A DNA stretch of 64,000 bases from IMG/VR virus record IMGVR_UViG_3300003316_000399, positions 27,633 through 91,632 of that record. One strand, 5' to 3'. Numbering within the stretch: position 1 is the stretch's first letter; each line of letters begins with the position of its first letter. The translations under genes were made by a program, and so were the position numbers. Origin of the DNA: a virus. Lineage: Duplodnaviria > Caudoviricetes. A model generated the notes under the pieces. It saw only the letters and a list, made by a program, of their open reading frames with translations, was not told the DNA's origin and made no database searches. This document shows positions 39,661 to 49,464 of the stretch, piece after piece.

Positions 39661-40716
39661 TTATCTGCGATGAAGAGCAGACGCCCAAGCTAGACCAACA
39701 GCTCTAGCGGACATTCCTTCATCTGAATTTTCTGTAATAATTGGATCGGGAATAACAACACGGTTTCTACCATTAGGTTGTTCAGCAACAATTTTATTTG
39801 CGATTATTGATTTGAGTGTCGTTACATAAAGATTAAATGTCGGATCATCCATATCAATAATTGTGTTTTCTGTGGCTGAATCTCCCGAAAATACAACACC
39901 AGCCTCATCAAGAACAGCAAGACGATTTGTTAATTGAATCTTGCGATCTTCTTGAATCTTTCTCTCTGCTTCTGCCTTTTCAAAATTCTCTTTAAAGAGG
40001 CGAAGTTCATTAAGTTCAGCTTCTAGCTTTTCGATCTTACTAAAATCCTCGGCGTGCGAAATTACAGTATCAGTGGAAACTGTAATATAATTAAATTGCT
40101 CAACGAGTTCCTCAATAGTAATATCATTAATATTTGCTGCTATTTCTGAACCAAGATCTGTACAAAGTTTAGTATATACTGCACAGAGCTTATCGCGTAG
40201 TTCATCCATATTTTCCTCAGCAATGGCTAGTAGAGGAGTACGTCCGCCGTATGCGGGATTGGCTACAATTGTTGCAGCAGTAACAGTACATTCTTCTAGC
40301 CACGTAATACCATTTTCATCTTTTGTGCGTTTCTTCGGATAGAGTTCCCAAGAAAACTGAACAGGTCTTTCTTCATCAATTGATTTTACCAGGTGGTTAA
40401 CAATTTCTGGAAATTCATCAACCCAAACGACAGCCTGCGCTAGAATTTTATCATTCTCAAGATAAGTATTTGTAATTGTACCAATGGGATACGATTCAGC
40501 ATGTCGAGTCTCACGGCGAGTACGCGTATCAAAATTAATTTTGATTGGCATATTTACCGCGCTTGACATTATATTCTCCGCTTCTGTCTTTGGGATACCC
40601 TGTTTGTTCACATTGGGTTCAAAATCTGTAAAAATAAAAAGCAGTTCCTTCCTAAGCGAATTGTTCGCGGAAGAAACTGCTTTTAACACACCTTGGAATA
40701 ACAGTTTATCAGTCAT
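39661..40716 (-). CDS. Prohead protease-scaffold fusion
   Basis: PNVNKQGI, H..PIGTI, FSWEL, VANPAY protease motifs plus a C-terminal coiled coil. Confidence 0.8.
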   Translation of the reverse strand: MTDKLLFQGVLKAVSSANNSLRKELLFIFTDFEPNVNKQGIPKTEAENIMSSAVNMPIKINFDTRTRRETRHAESYPIGTITNTYLENDKILAQAVVWVDEFPEIVNHLVKSIDEERPVQFSWELYPKKRTKDENGITWLEECTVTAATIVANPAYGGRTPLLAIAEENMDELRDKLCAVYTKLCTDLGSEIAANINDITIEELVEQFNYITVSTDTVISHAEDFSKIEKLEAELNELRLFKENFEKAEAERKIQEDRKIQLTNRLAVLDEAGVVFSGDSATENTIIDMDDPTFNLYVTTLKSIIANKIVAEQPNGRNRVVIPDPIITENSDEGMSARAVGLAWASALHRR

Positions 40717-40741
40717 AATAAAACTTATATAACCTCATTAT

Positions 40742-41113
40742 CTAATATTTATACACATTCTCGTATACAGAAATATCTTCAAACATTTCTTTATCGACAA
40801 ATGAAAGCTCTTTTATACGAAGCGCATTAACTTCTCGACACAGCTGCTTACGTAAATCTTCCTCTATACATTGCTTTATCAAACATTGATAATATTTATC
40901 CGCTAATTTATTAACACTATTAAAATATGTAATGGAGCGCAGGGATTTAAAAATAATCTTATTAAACTCTTCTACAATAAACTCGGCATCATAATAAATT
41001 TCAACAAAGAATTTATTCACGTTTATTTCAGATTGGACATATTTTACGTCAGTTATTTCTAGCACTCTAGCAGTATTTTTAAATTCTATTTCAAAATTAG
41101 CAGAAATATCCAT
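40742..41113 (-). CDS. Hypothetical protein
   Basis: RBS AAGGGG. Confidence 0.55.
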   Translation of the reverse strand: MDISANFEIEFKNTARVLEITDVKYVQSEINVNKFFVEIYYDAEFIVEEFNKIIFKSLRSITYFNSVNKLADKYYQCLIKQCIEEDLRKQLCREVNALRIKELSFVDKEMFEDISVYENVYKY

Positions 41114-41191
41114 TTTTATTCCCCTTCATTGTAATTAAATCCTCTTCTATAAAATATCATCCTGTGTGTTAAAATTGGATATAAATTACTT

Positions 41192-41485
41192 TTACAAAAA
41201 ATTACTACTAAATTTATAGTCCGATGTTGTAACATGCTCAGGAAAATCCTGTTCGATTGATGTATTAGCTGGCCTGCGCACATATGTATCTGAATGTAAA
41301 TGTACTTGAAACAAATCTTCCAATGAATTATAAACAGTTGTAGAAGTTACATTTTTTAAATTGTATTCACCAATCCAGTGAATCACGCTCACGCCATCAC
41401 TGAATACAATAACTTCAGCTACAATGTTTAACTTATTTTCTACACCCCCAGGCGGACGGCGTAGAATTTCGTACATTATCATCAT
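41192..41485 (-). CDS. Hypothetical phage protein
   Basis: VAEVIVFSDG..VIHW..STTVY..H pattern. Confidence 0.6.
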   Translation of the reverse strand: MMIMYEILRRPPGGVENKLNIVAEVIVFSDGVSVIHWIGEYNLKNVTSTTVYNSLEDLFQVHLHSDTYVRRPANTSIEQDFPEHVTTSDYKFSSNFL

Positions 41486-41500
41486 ATTCTATTTCTAATT

Positions 41501-41806
41501 TTACGCTACAAATTTAATATCAATATCGTTGAGCATTTGCTCCATTTCATCCAATGGCTTTACTGGTTTCCAACTGTAACCGGCTTTAAAAGTTTCAAAT
41601 GCATTAGGTTTTCTAAATCTGAGAATGGATTCAATAAATCCACGAAATGTACTTTCGTCGAGTAAATCTGCATTTGGAATAAATATTTCAAATTGAATAG
41701 AAGAAGTTTTGCCGGTTTCAGCCTGCTGGATACCTTGAAGTTCTAACTGTACCTCAGCAGTATGATCATATACATTATAATGTATATCAATGATACGAAT
41801 AATCAT
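41501..41806 (-). CDS. Hypothetical protein
   Basis: RBS AAGGAG, ATGA overlap with dut. Confidence 0.6.
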   Translation of the reverse strand: MIIRIIDIHYNVYDHTAEVQLELQGIQQAETGKTSSIQFEIFIPNADLLDESTFRGFIESILRFRKPNAFETFKAGYSWKPVKPLDEMEQMLNDIDIKFVA

Positions 41807-42345
41807 TCGATCTCCTTTTCATCTGTATCAAATATTTTATATTTATACAACCCTTCTGAATAACTGCCGGGATGTGATCGATGTACTAGATCATGCACTA
41901 GCATTTCTTGTAATCCTGTACCAGTACTACCAAAACCCGAATCACCGCGATCTGTTGTTTGCAATTTATCAACTTGGACAATATTATTAATCTGATAAAT
42001 TGGCACAATCACAAGTTGTGCAACACGATCACCATGCTCAATAAAATAACTGCCTTCCGCAGCGATCAGTTTTATCTTTATTTCACCGCGATAATCTGCA
42101 TCAATGACACCTGTACCAAATGTATTCACACCATGATTGAAACGCAAGCCGCTTCTTGGAAATAGTAAACCAACAAAACCAAATGGAATTGCGACAGCTA
42201 TACCTGTATTCACAACACAGGTTTCTCCTTTAGCAATGAAATAGGAACCATAGGCGGCTAAATCAATTCCAGCACTCCAAGATGTCTGAGGCATCTGTAA
42301 ATCTGGAGCATCAAGATATAGCTTCTGATACTCTAAAATCGACAT
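41803..42345 (-). CDS. dut: Trimeric dUTPase
   Basis: AGIDL, PRSG, GVIDADYRGEI, GDRVAQLV, RGDSGFGSTG. Confidence 0.95.
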   Translation of the reverse strand: MSILEYQKLYLDAPDLQMPQTSWSAGIDLAAYGSYFIAKGETCVVNTGIAVAIPFGFVGLLFPRSGLRFNHGVNTFGTGVIDADYRGEIKIKLIAAEGSYFIEHGDRVAQLVIVPIYQINNIVQVDKLQTTDRGDSGFGSTGTGLQEMLVHDLVHRSHPGSYSEGLYKYKIFDTDEKEIE

Positions 42346-42547
42346 ATTTATCTGATCTCCTTTTCCGCTTGTGAGTCTTTTTAATCCCTTTATATTCCTC
42401 ATTAGAATATCTTTTTGCCTTTGGATTTTTTACGAGGATTTTACGATCTCGTTCAACAAGGCCATAACCCTCATTAATACACTCATCACAAAGACTCTTC
42501 CCTTTAAATATTTCCTCACCACAGTTTTCACAAAAATAAATTGTCAT
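42311..42547 (-). CDS. Small Zn-finger protein
   Basis: CENC...CDEC, basic C-terminus. Confidence 0.55.
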   Translation of the reverse strand: MTIYFCENCGEEIFKGKSLCDECINEGYGLVERDRKILVKNPKAKRYSNEEYKGIKKTHKRKRRSDKYVDFRVSEAIS

Positions 42548-42593
42548 TTATTTTGCACCTTTAATTAACTTAATAATTATATCTGAGTATTGA

Positions 42594-42950
42594 TTATTTG
42601 TCAACCTTAACAAGCAGCGGTCCCCACCCTTTTTGCTCTTCATTAATACGACAGGTGTAATAAATATGTGCATATTCTCCATCATAGCACAAGCAGAGAG
42701 TTCCATATTTACCATCATCAACAGAATCATTTTCTGTATTCGCATGAATAAATTTCTGACTATCTTTAGCATTCCATCTCATTAGTTCTTTTACCACGCC
42801 ATTTTTATTACGTCGTTTCAGAACCATATATTGATTAAATAATCCATTACCAGGCTGATCGACAATAGCCGCGACAAGAGTATCCCCACTATTATCAATA
42901 CTAGTACATGCCAAAGCGCCAACATGATTATCGTCTATAATGAAATTCAT
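42594..42950 (-). CDS. Hypothetical protein, first gene of the leftward unit
   Basis: RBS AAGGAG. Confidence 0.65.
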   Translation of the reverse strand: MNFIIDDNHVGALACTSIDNSGDTLVAAIVDQPGNGLFNQYMVLKRRNKNGVVKELMRWNAKDSQKFIHANTENDSVDDGKYGTLCLCYDGEYAHIYYTCRINEEQKGWGPLLVKVDK

Positions 42951-42963
42951 ATTAAACTCCTTC

Positions 42964-42992
42964 TTGACAGAAATTATAATACTCGTTATAAT
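42964..42992 (+). promoter_or_regulatory. Consensus sigma70 promoter TTGACA-N17-TATAAT
   Basis: Perfect consensus in the divergent intergenic region. Confidence 0.9.
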
Positions 42993-43048
42993 ATAAGTAT
43001 TATATCTTCTTCTAATACTTATGTTAATTATGGTACAAATTTTGTACC
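42993..43048. promoter_or_regulatory. Two operator-like inverted repeats
   Basis: ATAAGTATTA-N10-TAATACTTAT (42993-43022) and GGTACAAA-T-TTTGTACC (43032-43048). Confidence 0.55.
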
Positions 43049-43078
43049 GTTGATTACATTATATATGAAAGGCATAAA

Positions 43079-43513
43079 ATGGGTATTCTCGAAAGCAATG
43101 TTTCAGACAAGTTTTGGCCCCCTTTAGTAAAAAATGTTGAAATAACAAGCGATTATCCTGGATATAAAATGAGATATTTCACTAGTTTTGATGAGCTTAA
43201 TGATTATTTTTCAAAAGAATGTGGCGAGGAATGGATGCAGCAAGAATGGGCTAAATATTGGATTGGTCAGCATCAACAAACGCGGTATGAAGATCGCGTT
43301 GAAAAACAAATTCTAACTGGACAAATAGATGCCTCTAAATTTAAAACTCGTTATAATTACGAAGAATTACGAGATTTGATTTCATCGTTTTTGGAAAAAA
43401 AACCGAGAGCTTCTTTACGAGCAATTGCAAACTACTTAAAAGCGCGCGGTCAAACTGCTAAATTTCAAACTGTTCAACGCGTGATTAAATATTATAATTT
43501 GAGAGGTAAATAG
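43079..43513 (+). CDS. Putative DNA-binding protein with C-terminal HTH
   Basis: PRASLRAIANYLKARGQTAKFQTVQRVIK. Confidence 0.6.
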   Translation: MGILESNVSDKFWPPLVKNVEITSDYPGYKMRYFTSFDELNDYFSKECGEEWMQQEWAKYWIGQHQQTRYEDRVEKQILTGQIDASKFKTRYNYEELRDLISSFLEKKPRASLRAIANYLKARGQTAKFQTVQRVIKYYNLRGK

Positions 43514-43514
43514 A

Positions 43515-43691
43515 ATGGTAGAAATACTTACTGGATTTAAAGCAGTACAGTATCTTATGCTGGAAGCAGATAATCTAGAATTAACACATATTGTTAATCT
43601 GGTTCTAGATATTCTAGAAGTATATGGCGATGAATTCAACGCGGCTTTGGTTTATTTTCTCAGTAGGGAATTAGATATTGAAATTATATGA
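43515..43691 (+). CDS. Small hypothetical protein, 58 aa (not in the ORF track)
   Basis: RBS GAGG; MVEILTGFK...DIEII; ATGA overlap with the kinase. Confidence 0.55.
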   Translation: MVEILTGFKAVQYLMLEADNLELTHIVNLVLDILEVYGDEFNAALVYFLSRELDIEII

Positions 43692-44236
43692 CAGATCGCG
43701 TTTTAAAACCCATTGTTATTTGTTTAATGGGACCATCCGGTAGTGGTAAAAGTCTTGCAGCGTCAATGATAGCGGCTTATTTTGATTATTATATTATTCA
43801 ATCTTACACCGATAGACCAAAACGACAACCCGATGAGTTAGGTCATATATTTTTAACTGCAGAGGAATATGACAATCTTATTGAACATAATATACCAATT
43901 GCTAGAACAGAATTTGGTAATTATCGATATTGTTGTTTACAAAATGATATTAGAGATAAAACGGTTTATGTCATTGACCCAAAAGCATTTGATCATATGA
44001 AATCAATGTTTGGTAATGATTATCATTTTATAAGTGTTTATATACATGCGAGACCGGCGCAAATTTTACAAAGAATACCATTAAATAGATCAAAACGTGA
44101 TGATGGACACTTTGAATTTTCACCAAATTATTATGATTATATTATAAACAATGTCTACAATCGTGATGAATTATTCACACAGATCCAATGGATGATTAGA
44201 GATATAGAGGAGATTTATAATGTTAGCAGTTCGTAA
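43688..44236 (+). CDS. Guanylate-kinase-like NMP kinase
   Basis: GPSGSGKS, SYTDRPKR..E..H.F, GNYRY, VIDP. Confidence 0.85.
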   Translation: MTDRVLKPIVICLMGPSGSGKSLAASMIAAYFDYYIIQSYTDRPKRQPDELGHIFLTAEEYDNLIEHNIPIARTEFGNYRYCCLQNDIRDKTVYVIDPKAFDHMKSMFGNDYHFISVYIHARPAQILQRIPLNRSKRDDGHFEFSPNYYDYIINNVYNRDELFTQIQWMIRDIEEIYNVSSS

Positions 44237-44912
44237 AGGGACATGTGATGAGAATGTTTATAAATCAGTTGTCGAACATAATGAATATAAACTTCCTACT
44301 AGATTTAGACCACAGGATATTATTATTGACATTGGTGCCCATATAGGAAGCTTCTCACTTGCATGCTGGCTACGCGGTTCTCGTAATATATTGGCGTTTG
44401 AGCCAAATAAGGAAAATTATGAATTAGCGTCATTAAATCTTAAAAAGGCAATTGACCATAACAATGTTTTGCTGTATAATTGGGGTATTTGGAGATCGGA
44501 TAAAGACGCAACTAAAATGTTCCATCAAGGATACACAAAGGTTAATGAGGATGATGAACTTAATACCGGTGGTGGGAATATATTTGCCGAACGCGGTGAA
44601 GAGGTTTGGGTCGAACCATTTGATGATATTTTAAAAGAGATAGGCACAGATGTAGAACTCCTAAAGTTGGATTGTGAGGGCAGTGAATTTCCCATTCTAT
44701 ATACAAGTCAGGAAATACGACGTGTGAGAAACATTGTTATGGAATGGCATGAATTGGGAGCTTTGCAAAACAAACTATTTCCCGACATACAACGCGATTG
44801 CACTGTCGATGGTTTAATTAACTATTTAAATGACAATGGATTTGAAATCATGGAATATTTTAGACATGGAAATACAAATCTTGGAATGTTATGGGCAACA
44901 AGAAAGGATTAA
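44220..44912 (+). CDS. FkbM-family methyltransferase
   Basis: IIDIGAHIGSFS, AFEP, LLKLDCEGSE, MEWH. Confidence 0.9.
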   Translation: MLAVRKGTCDENVYKSVVEHNEYKLPTRFRPQDIIIDIGAHIGSFSLACWLRGSRNILAFEPNKENYELASLNLKKAIDHNNVLLYNWGIWRSDKDATKMFHQGYTKVNEDDELNTGGGNIFAERGEEVWVEPFDDILKEIGTDVELLKLDCEGSEFPILYTSQEIRRVRNIVMEWHELGALQNKLFPDIQRDCTVDGLINYLNDNGFEIMEYFRHGNTNLGMLWATRKD

Positions 44913-44917
44913 TATAA

Positions 44918-46885
44918 ATGTCATTGGATTTTAGTTTTGTTGAAAAATATAAAGGATTACAACCTAACTGGGGGTATAACGGCCTTGGGTATTTCGTATT
45001 TAAACGCACGTATGCACGGTTGGTAGATCCTCAAGATCGTCATTTGCTAACGCCTGATGAGATTGAATTCTATGAAGATGCACACCTTTCTATAGATACT
45101 GAGGAATGGAACGAAACAATCCTGCGATGTATTAAAGGTGCCCAGAAAATCGGTGCAGATTATACACAAGATGAAATTGAACGATTATTTGATTATATTT
45201 TCAATTTAAAGGGCACCTTCGGCGGTCGCATGCTGTGGCAACTTGGTACAACGACTGTTGATCGTTTTGGTGGCAATTCTTTACTCAATTGCTGGTATGT
45301 AAGTATTCGTAAACCAGAAGATTTCTGTTTTATTTTTGAAAATCTAATGCTCGGTGGCGGTGTAGGATTTTCAGTAAGAAGGGAACATATTCATGAATTG
45401 CCAAGAGTCAGAAAAGGTGTTAAAATTACCCACGAGCAATCAACAGATGCTAATTTTATCGTTCCAGATAAACGAGAAGGATGGGTTTCTTTACTTAGAG
45501 CCGTACTCGATAGTTACTTTAAAAACGGACGAAGCTATTCATATTCTACAATCAATATACGTCCAAAGGGCTCGCGCATCAAAGGTTTTGGAGGAACTGC
45601 GTCAGGCCCGGAAGTCCTCGTTGAAGGAATACATAAAATTTGTGCGATCCTTGATTCTCGTAGTGGTAAGAAATTACGCAGTGTTGACGTATTGGACCTT
45701 TGTAACATCATTGGTGCAGTGGTTGTTGCGGGGAACGTCCGTCGTAGTGCTGAAATTTCTATAGGTGACGCGGATGATCATCTTTTTCTACAAGCAAAGA
45801 GATGGGATTTATATAATATTCCGGCATATCGACAAAACTCAAATAACACAATTGCGGCTGACACATATGATTATATTCGTTCTGATGTTTGGGATGGATA
45901 TCGAGGAAATGGTGAGCCTTACGGATTTTTTAATCTTCCACTCGCTCAAAAATACGGAAGACTTGGTGAATATATTGATGATCAATGCGAGGGGCTTAAT
46001 CCTTGTGGAGAAGTAACACTGGAGTCATACGAATGCTGTAATTTATGTGAAATCTTCCTTAACAATATTCAAACATTTGAAGAATTTGTTGATATAGCCA
46101 AATTGTTATATAAAACGCAAAAAGCAATTGCAGCATTACCATTTATTCATAAAGAAACAGAAGAAGTCGTACATCGCAATATGCGACTCGGCTTAGGCGT
46201 TAGCGGTATTTGCCAATCATACAGCAAATTACCTTGGCTTGATCCCGCATATAAAGAATTACGCAATTTCGATTCCGAATGGAGCGCGCACAAGGGTTAT
46301 CCTACTTCTATTAAACTCACGACAGTGAAGCCAAGTGGCACAGTATCATTACTTGCTGGCGCAACACCGGGTATTCATCCAGCATATTCTAAATTCTATA
46401 TTCGCCGTACAACAATACCGGCAAATAGCCCACTTGCCGATGCGTGTAGGAAAGCTGGATATAATGTAGATTATAAAATTAATATCGATGGCAGCTATGA
46501 TCGTACATCACTGGTTGTTGATTTCCCCTCCATGGCAGGAGAAGGCGCGGTTGTTAAAAGTGAAATGACTGCTATTGGACAGTTGGGTTTAGTAGAGTAT
46601 TTACAAACATTTTGGGCTGATAACTCAGTAAGTGTAAGTGTTTATTATCACCTTAGTGAGCTAGAAGATATTAAACAATGGTTAAAAGAAAATTACGAAA
46701 ACAAAATCAAAGCAGTAAGTTTTCTGCTCCATGCGGAACATGGATTTAAACAAGCACCGTATGAAGAAATTACTGAAAAACAGTATAATCAATTAATAAG
46801 TAATGTCAAGCCTGTATATGAATTTATTGGAACGGGTGTTCTCGATGATTTAGAATGTGAAGGTGGTATATGTCCCGTACGTTAA
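44918..46885 (+). CDS. nrdJ: Class II (adenosylcobalamin) ribonucleotide reductase, RTPR-like
   Basis: KRTYAR, GRMLW, LLNC, GGGVG, GGTASGP, GNVRRSA, NPCGE, TVKPSGT, C-terminal CEGGICPVR. Confidence 0.93.
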   Translation: MSLDFSFVEKYKGLQPNWGYNGLGYFVFKRTYARLVDPQDRHLLTPDEIEFYEDAHLSIDTEEWNETILRCIKGAQKIGADYTQDEIERLFDYIFNLKGTFGGRMLWQLGTTTVDRFGGNSLLNCWYVSIRKPEDFCFIFENLMLGGGVGFSVRREHIHELPRVRKGVKITHEQSTDANFIVPDKREGWVSLLRAVLDSYFKNGRSYSYSTINIRPKGSRIKGFGGTASGPEVLVEGIHKICAILDSRSGKKLRSVDVLDLCNIIGAVVVAGNVRRSAEISIGDADDHLFLQAKRWDLYNIPAYRQNSNNTIAADTYDYIRSDVWDGYRGNGEPYGFFNLPLAQKYGRLGEYIDDQCEGLNPCGEVTLESYECCNLCEIFLNNIQTFEEFVDIAKLLYKTQKAIAALPFIHKETEEVVHRNMRLGLGVSGICQSYSKLPWLDPAYKELRNFDSEWSAHKGYPTSIKLTTVKPSGTVSLLAGATPGIHPAYSKFYIRRTTIPANSPLADACRKAGYNVDYKINIDGSYDRTSLVVDFPSMAGEGAVVKSEMTAIGQLGLVEYLQTFWADNSVSVSVYYHLSELEDIKQWLKENYENKIKAVSFLLHAEHGFKQAPYEEITEKQYNQLISNVKPVYEFIGTGVLDDLECEGGICPVR

Positions 46886-47109
46886 CATACATTGAACCAT
46901 CCAATATAATGGGTGATATTTCAAATAATATTATATTATTTCTATTACCATTGCCCTACGAATGGCCCTCTGAATCTGGATATATTTATGATCCAGAAAA
47001 AGGTCCTAGATGGTTTGATTCAAGTTTATTTAATGGAAATCAAACACTATTTAAACCAGTTGATCTATTTTCAACTCATATGGAAAGGGTATTTAATGCT
47101 TTTGATTGA
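46870..47109 (+). CDS. Hypothetical protein
   Basis: Fills the gap after nrdJ; start uncertain. Confidence 0.4.
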   Translation: MSRTLTYIEPSNIMGDISNNIILFLLPLPYEWPSESGYIYDPEKGPRWFDSSLFNGNQTLFKPVDLFSTHMERVFNAFD

Positions 47110-47323
47110 TTCAAAAGAAGTACTGGATATCAATACTTTTCTTAATCATTCCGCAATACTTTTAACGCACTTTCGTGACCTTATTAATGAGTATAGAGAG
47201 TCAAATAACGAAGATCTAGAGCCCATAACATATCGCAATTGGGTCAACCTCTTTTATAGCTATGTTGCAAGTGTTGAAATCGAAGATGAAGATTACAGAA
47301 ATAATGCAGAGAAAGAAAAATAA
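47096..47323 (+). CDS. Hypothetical protein
   Basis: Likely start MLLIDS with RBS GGAAAGGG. Confidence 0.5.
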   Translation: MLLIDSKEVLDINTFLNHSAILLTHFRDLINEYRESNNEDLEPITYRNWVNLFYSYVASVEIEDEDYRNNAEKEK

Positions 47324-47325
47324 AG

Positions 47326-47589
47326 ATGAAAAATAAAGTGGGTGTATGTATTTTTCATTATAAAGAATCATACGTAGCAGAAGAATTGTACGAATATGAT
47401 GATTATCATTTTGCACTAAATAGTGATGTGTATCTGGATTCTGTAGCTATTATATCCAAAACAGATTTAATACATGTTCGTAACGGAAGTTTAGTTATTT
47501 CTAGTAATAATTCCCATAGCCCAAATTTATTTTTTGGAGAGTATAAAAACATTAAAATTATAAAAAGGGATGAGGTAATAAATTTATGA
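47326..47589 (+). CDS. Hypothetical protein
   Basis: Operon context. Confidence 0.5.
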   Translation: MKNKVGVCIFHYKESYVAEELYEYDDYHFALNSDVYLDSVAIISKTDLIHVRNGSLVISSNNSHSPNLFFGEYKNIKIIKRDEVINL

Positions 47590-47996
47590 AAATATGGTTT
47601 CCTGGCCCTTCTACGTCGCATGAATTGTTAAGACCGCGTCCTTGGTATAGCGCAAAAGCTATTCTCACAGAACGTGTGGCAAACTTTGGCTATATTAATG
47701 GAGCCCGTCAGCAAGAGTGGGATGAGATGCGGATAAAAAAGATAGCTCCATTCTGCGGCGATGTTTATGATTTTCAGGAACACAATTGTGTAGATTTACA
47801 ATACGCGATACAAGAGAATGATGAAACACGAAAGTTAGGAAGCTTCTTATATAAGTGTTATTGCTGGTGTGTTGAATCTGTTTGTATTGAGGAGCTTTTA
47901 GAGCCGTTGCTAAATGGACGATGGCATTTGATTGAATGCAAACAAGAATTTCCACGCAATTGTGTTTATTTTGAATATCGAGACTGGGAAGAATGA
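47586..47996 (+). CDS. Hypothetical protein
   Basis: RBS GAGG, ATGA overlap. Confidence 0.55.
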   Translation: MKIWFPGPSTSHELLRPRPWYSAKAILTERVANFGYINGARQQEWDEMRIKKIAPFCGDVYDFQEHNCVDLQYAIQENDETRKLGSFLYKCYCWCVESVCIEELLEPLLNGRWHLIECKQEFPRNCVYFEYRDWEE

Positions 47997-48107
47997 TATG
48001 AAGCGGCGATACAGAACATCTAAGCGACCATCGCGTATTCTTATCGGTGAGGATGTAATTATAGAGTACGGCTATAAGGTTATATAAAGAAAAACAAAGG
48101 GAAATAG

Positions 48108-48737
48108 ATGAAAATCAATCTTATCTGGAACACACCAGATGCGGAAAAAATGATTCTCTATATGGCGCGAGTGAGCAATCCTGATAATCAAAGTAATGAA
48201 GATACAAAACTTATTAATTATCTCATTAAGAACAAGCACTGGTCGCCGTTTGAGATGGCAAATATGTGTGTGGAGATAGAAACTTCTATGGCAATTGGTG
48301 AACAAATTCTGCGACATAGAAGTTTTTCTTTTCAAAAATTCAGCGGGCGCTATGCTGAATTTGAGGAATTTGAGCCTGTGCAAATAAGAAAGCAAGCTGT
48401 TAAAAATAGGCAAAGCAGTACTGAAATATTTAATCCATTGTGTAGACATGTACCAGATTTTACAGCAGAAGATCTAATACATAAATTACTTGAAGATACA
48501 CAGGATGTATATGAACGATTGTTGAACGCAGGAGTTGCTAAAGAATGCGCGCGCATGATTTTACCTGCGTGTACCAAAACACGGATGTATATGAATGGTA
48601 CATTACGAAGTTGGATACATTATCTTGAGATTAGAGATGAAGAACATGCTCAACTAGAACATCAAGAGATAGCGCGTGAAATTAAACGAATATTCAAAGA
48701 ACAATTCCCAGCTATTTCACGCGCTTTAGGATATTAA
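48108..48737 (+). CDS. thyX: Flavin-dependent thymidylate synthase
   Basis: ARVSNP, HWSPFE, QILRHRSFSFQKFSGRY, KECARMILP, RSWIHY..R..HAQLE. Confidence 0.95.
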   Translation: MKINLIWNTPDAEKMILYMARVSNPDNQSNEDTKLINYLIKNKHWSPFEMANMCVEIETSMAIGEQILRHRSFSFQKFSGRYAEFEEFEPVQIRKQAVKNRQSSTEIFNPLCRHVPDFTAEDLIHKLLEDTQDVYERLLNAGVAKECARMILPACTKTRMYMNGTLRSWIHYLEIRDEEHAQLEHQEIAREIKRIFKEQFPAISRALGY

Positions 48738-48753
48738 TTTCATTGGAGGAAAA

Positions 48754-49461
48754 ATGACGGATAAAGAAAAGCGTTTCCTTGAAAAATGGGATCGCTATAG
48801 AAAGGCGTTTAATGTTGAAAACTTAAATGACGCCAATGATAAAACTGGTTTAGATCTCATTATTAATTTTGAAATTAATATTGAAGATTTACAAAATCAA
48901 GTGGATATAATGATCGAGGATGCTAAAAACGATGGTAAACTTGATCCTATGGGTGCTAGAAAGATTTTCGATATTATCAATATGCTGACAACACAGATAC
49001 GTGCGTTACAAACAACGCTCGGAATCGACCGTGCCACTAGACAAAAAACAGAAGCAGAGAATATAGAAGCATATATTAAGATGCTGAAAAATGAATCTAA
49101 AAATTACATCGATCAGCGCATTCAAAAAATCTATTGCCCAGATTGTCATGTAATGGTTGGAAGATTTATACCCGTACATAAACATACCGCGTATAAATTG
49201 GAATTTCAATGCAGCCAGTGCAAGAAAATGATTAAAGAAATTCGTAAAGAACGCGATACATTGTTTGATTTACCAGAAGACGAGCAAAAATGGCGAACAA
49301 AACATCGAGCCAAAATTATACCTATAAAGCGGCGCAAAGAAAAGACTTATAAGATTCGGGAAGAATCATCAGATAACAAAGATGATATTATTATAGAGGC
49401 AGAATTATTGCCAAATGAGATTATCCTCAACAGTGATGATTCTATTATTGTTGAGGATTAG
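48754..49461 (+). CDS. Possible terminase small subunit with a Zn-ribbon
   Basis: Helical LQTTLGIDR..R segment and CPDC..CSQC; lies two genes upstream of terL. Confidence 0.45.
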   Translation: MTDKEKRFLEKWDRYRKAFNVENLNDANDKTGLDLIINFEINIEDLQNQVDIMIEDAKNDGKLDPMGARKIFDIINMLTTQIRALQTTLGIDRATRQKTEAENIEAYIKMLKNESKNYIDQRIQKIYCPDCHVMVGRFIPVHKHTAYKLEFQCSQCKKMIKEIRKERDTLFDLPEDEQKWRTKHRAKIIPIKRRKEKTYKIREESSDNKDDIIIEAELLPNEIILNSDDSIIVED

Positions 49462-49464
49462 AAA

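Noticed and set aside
41803-48737. Uracil- or modified-thymine DNA
   Set aside because: An intact dUTPase plus ThyX point to normal dTTP synthesis, and no hydroxymethylase was seen
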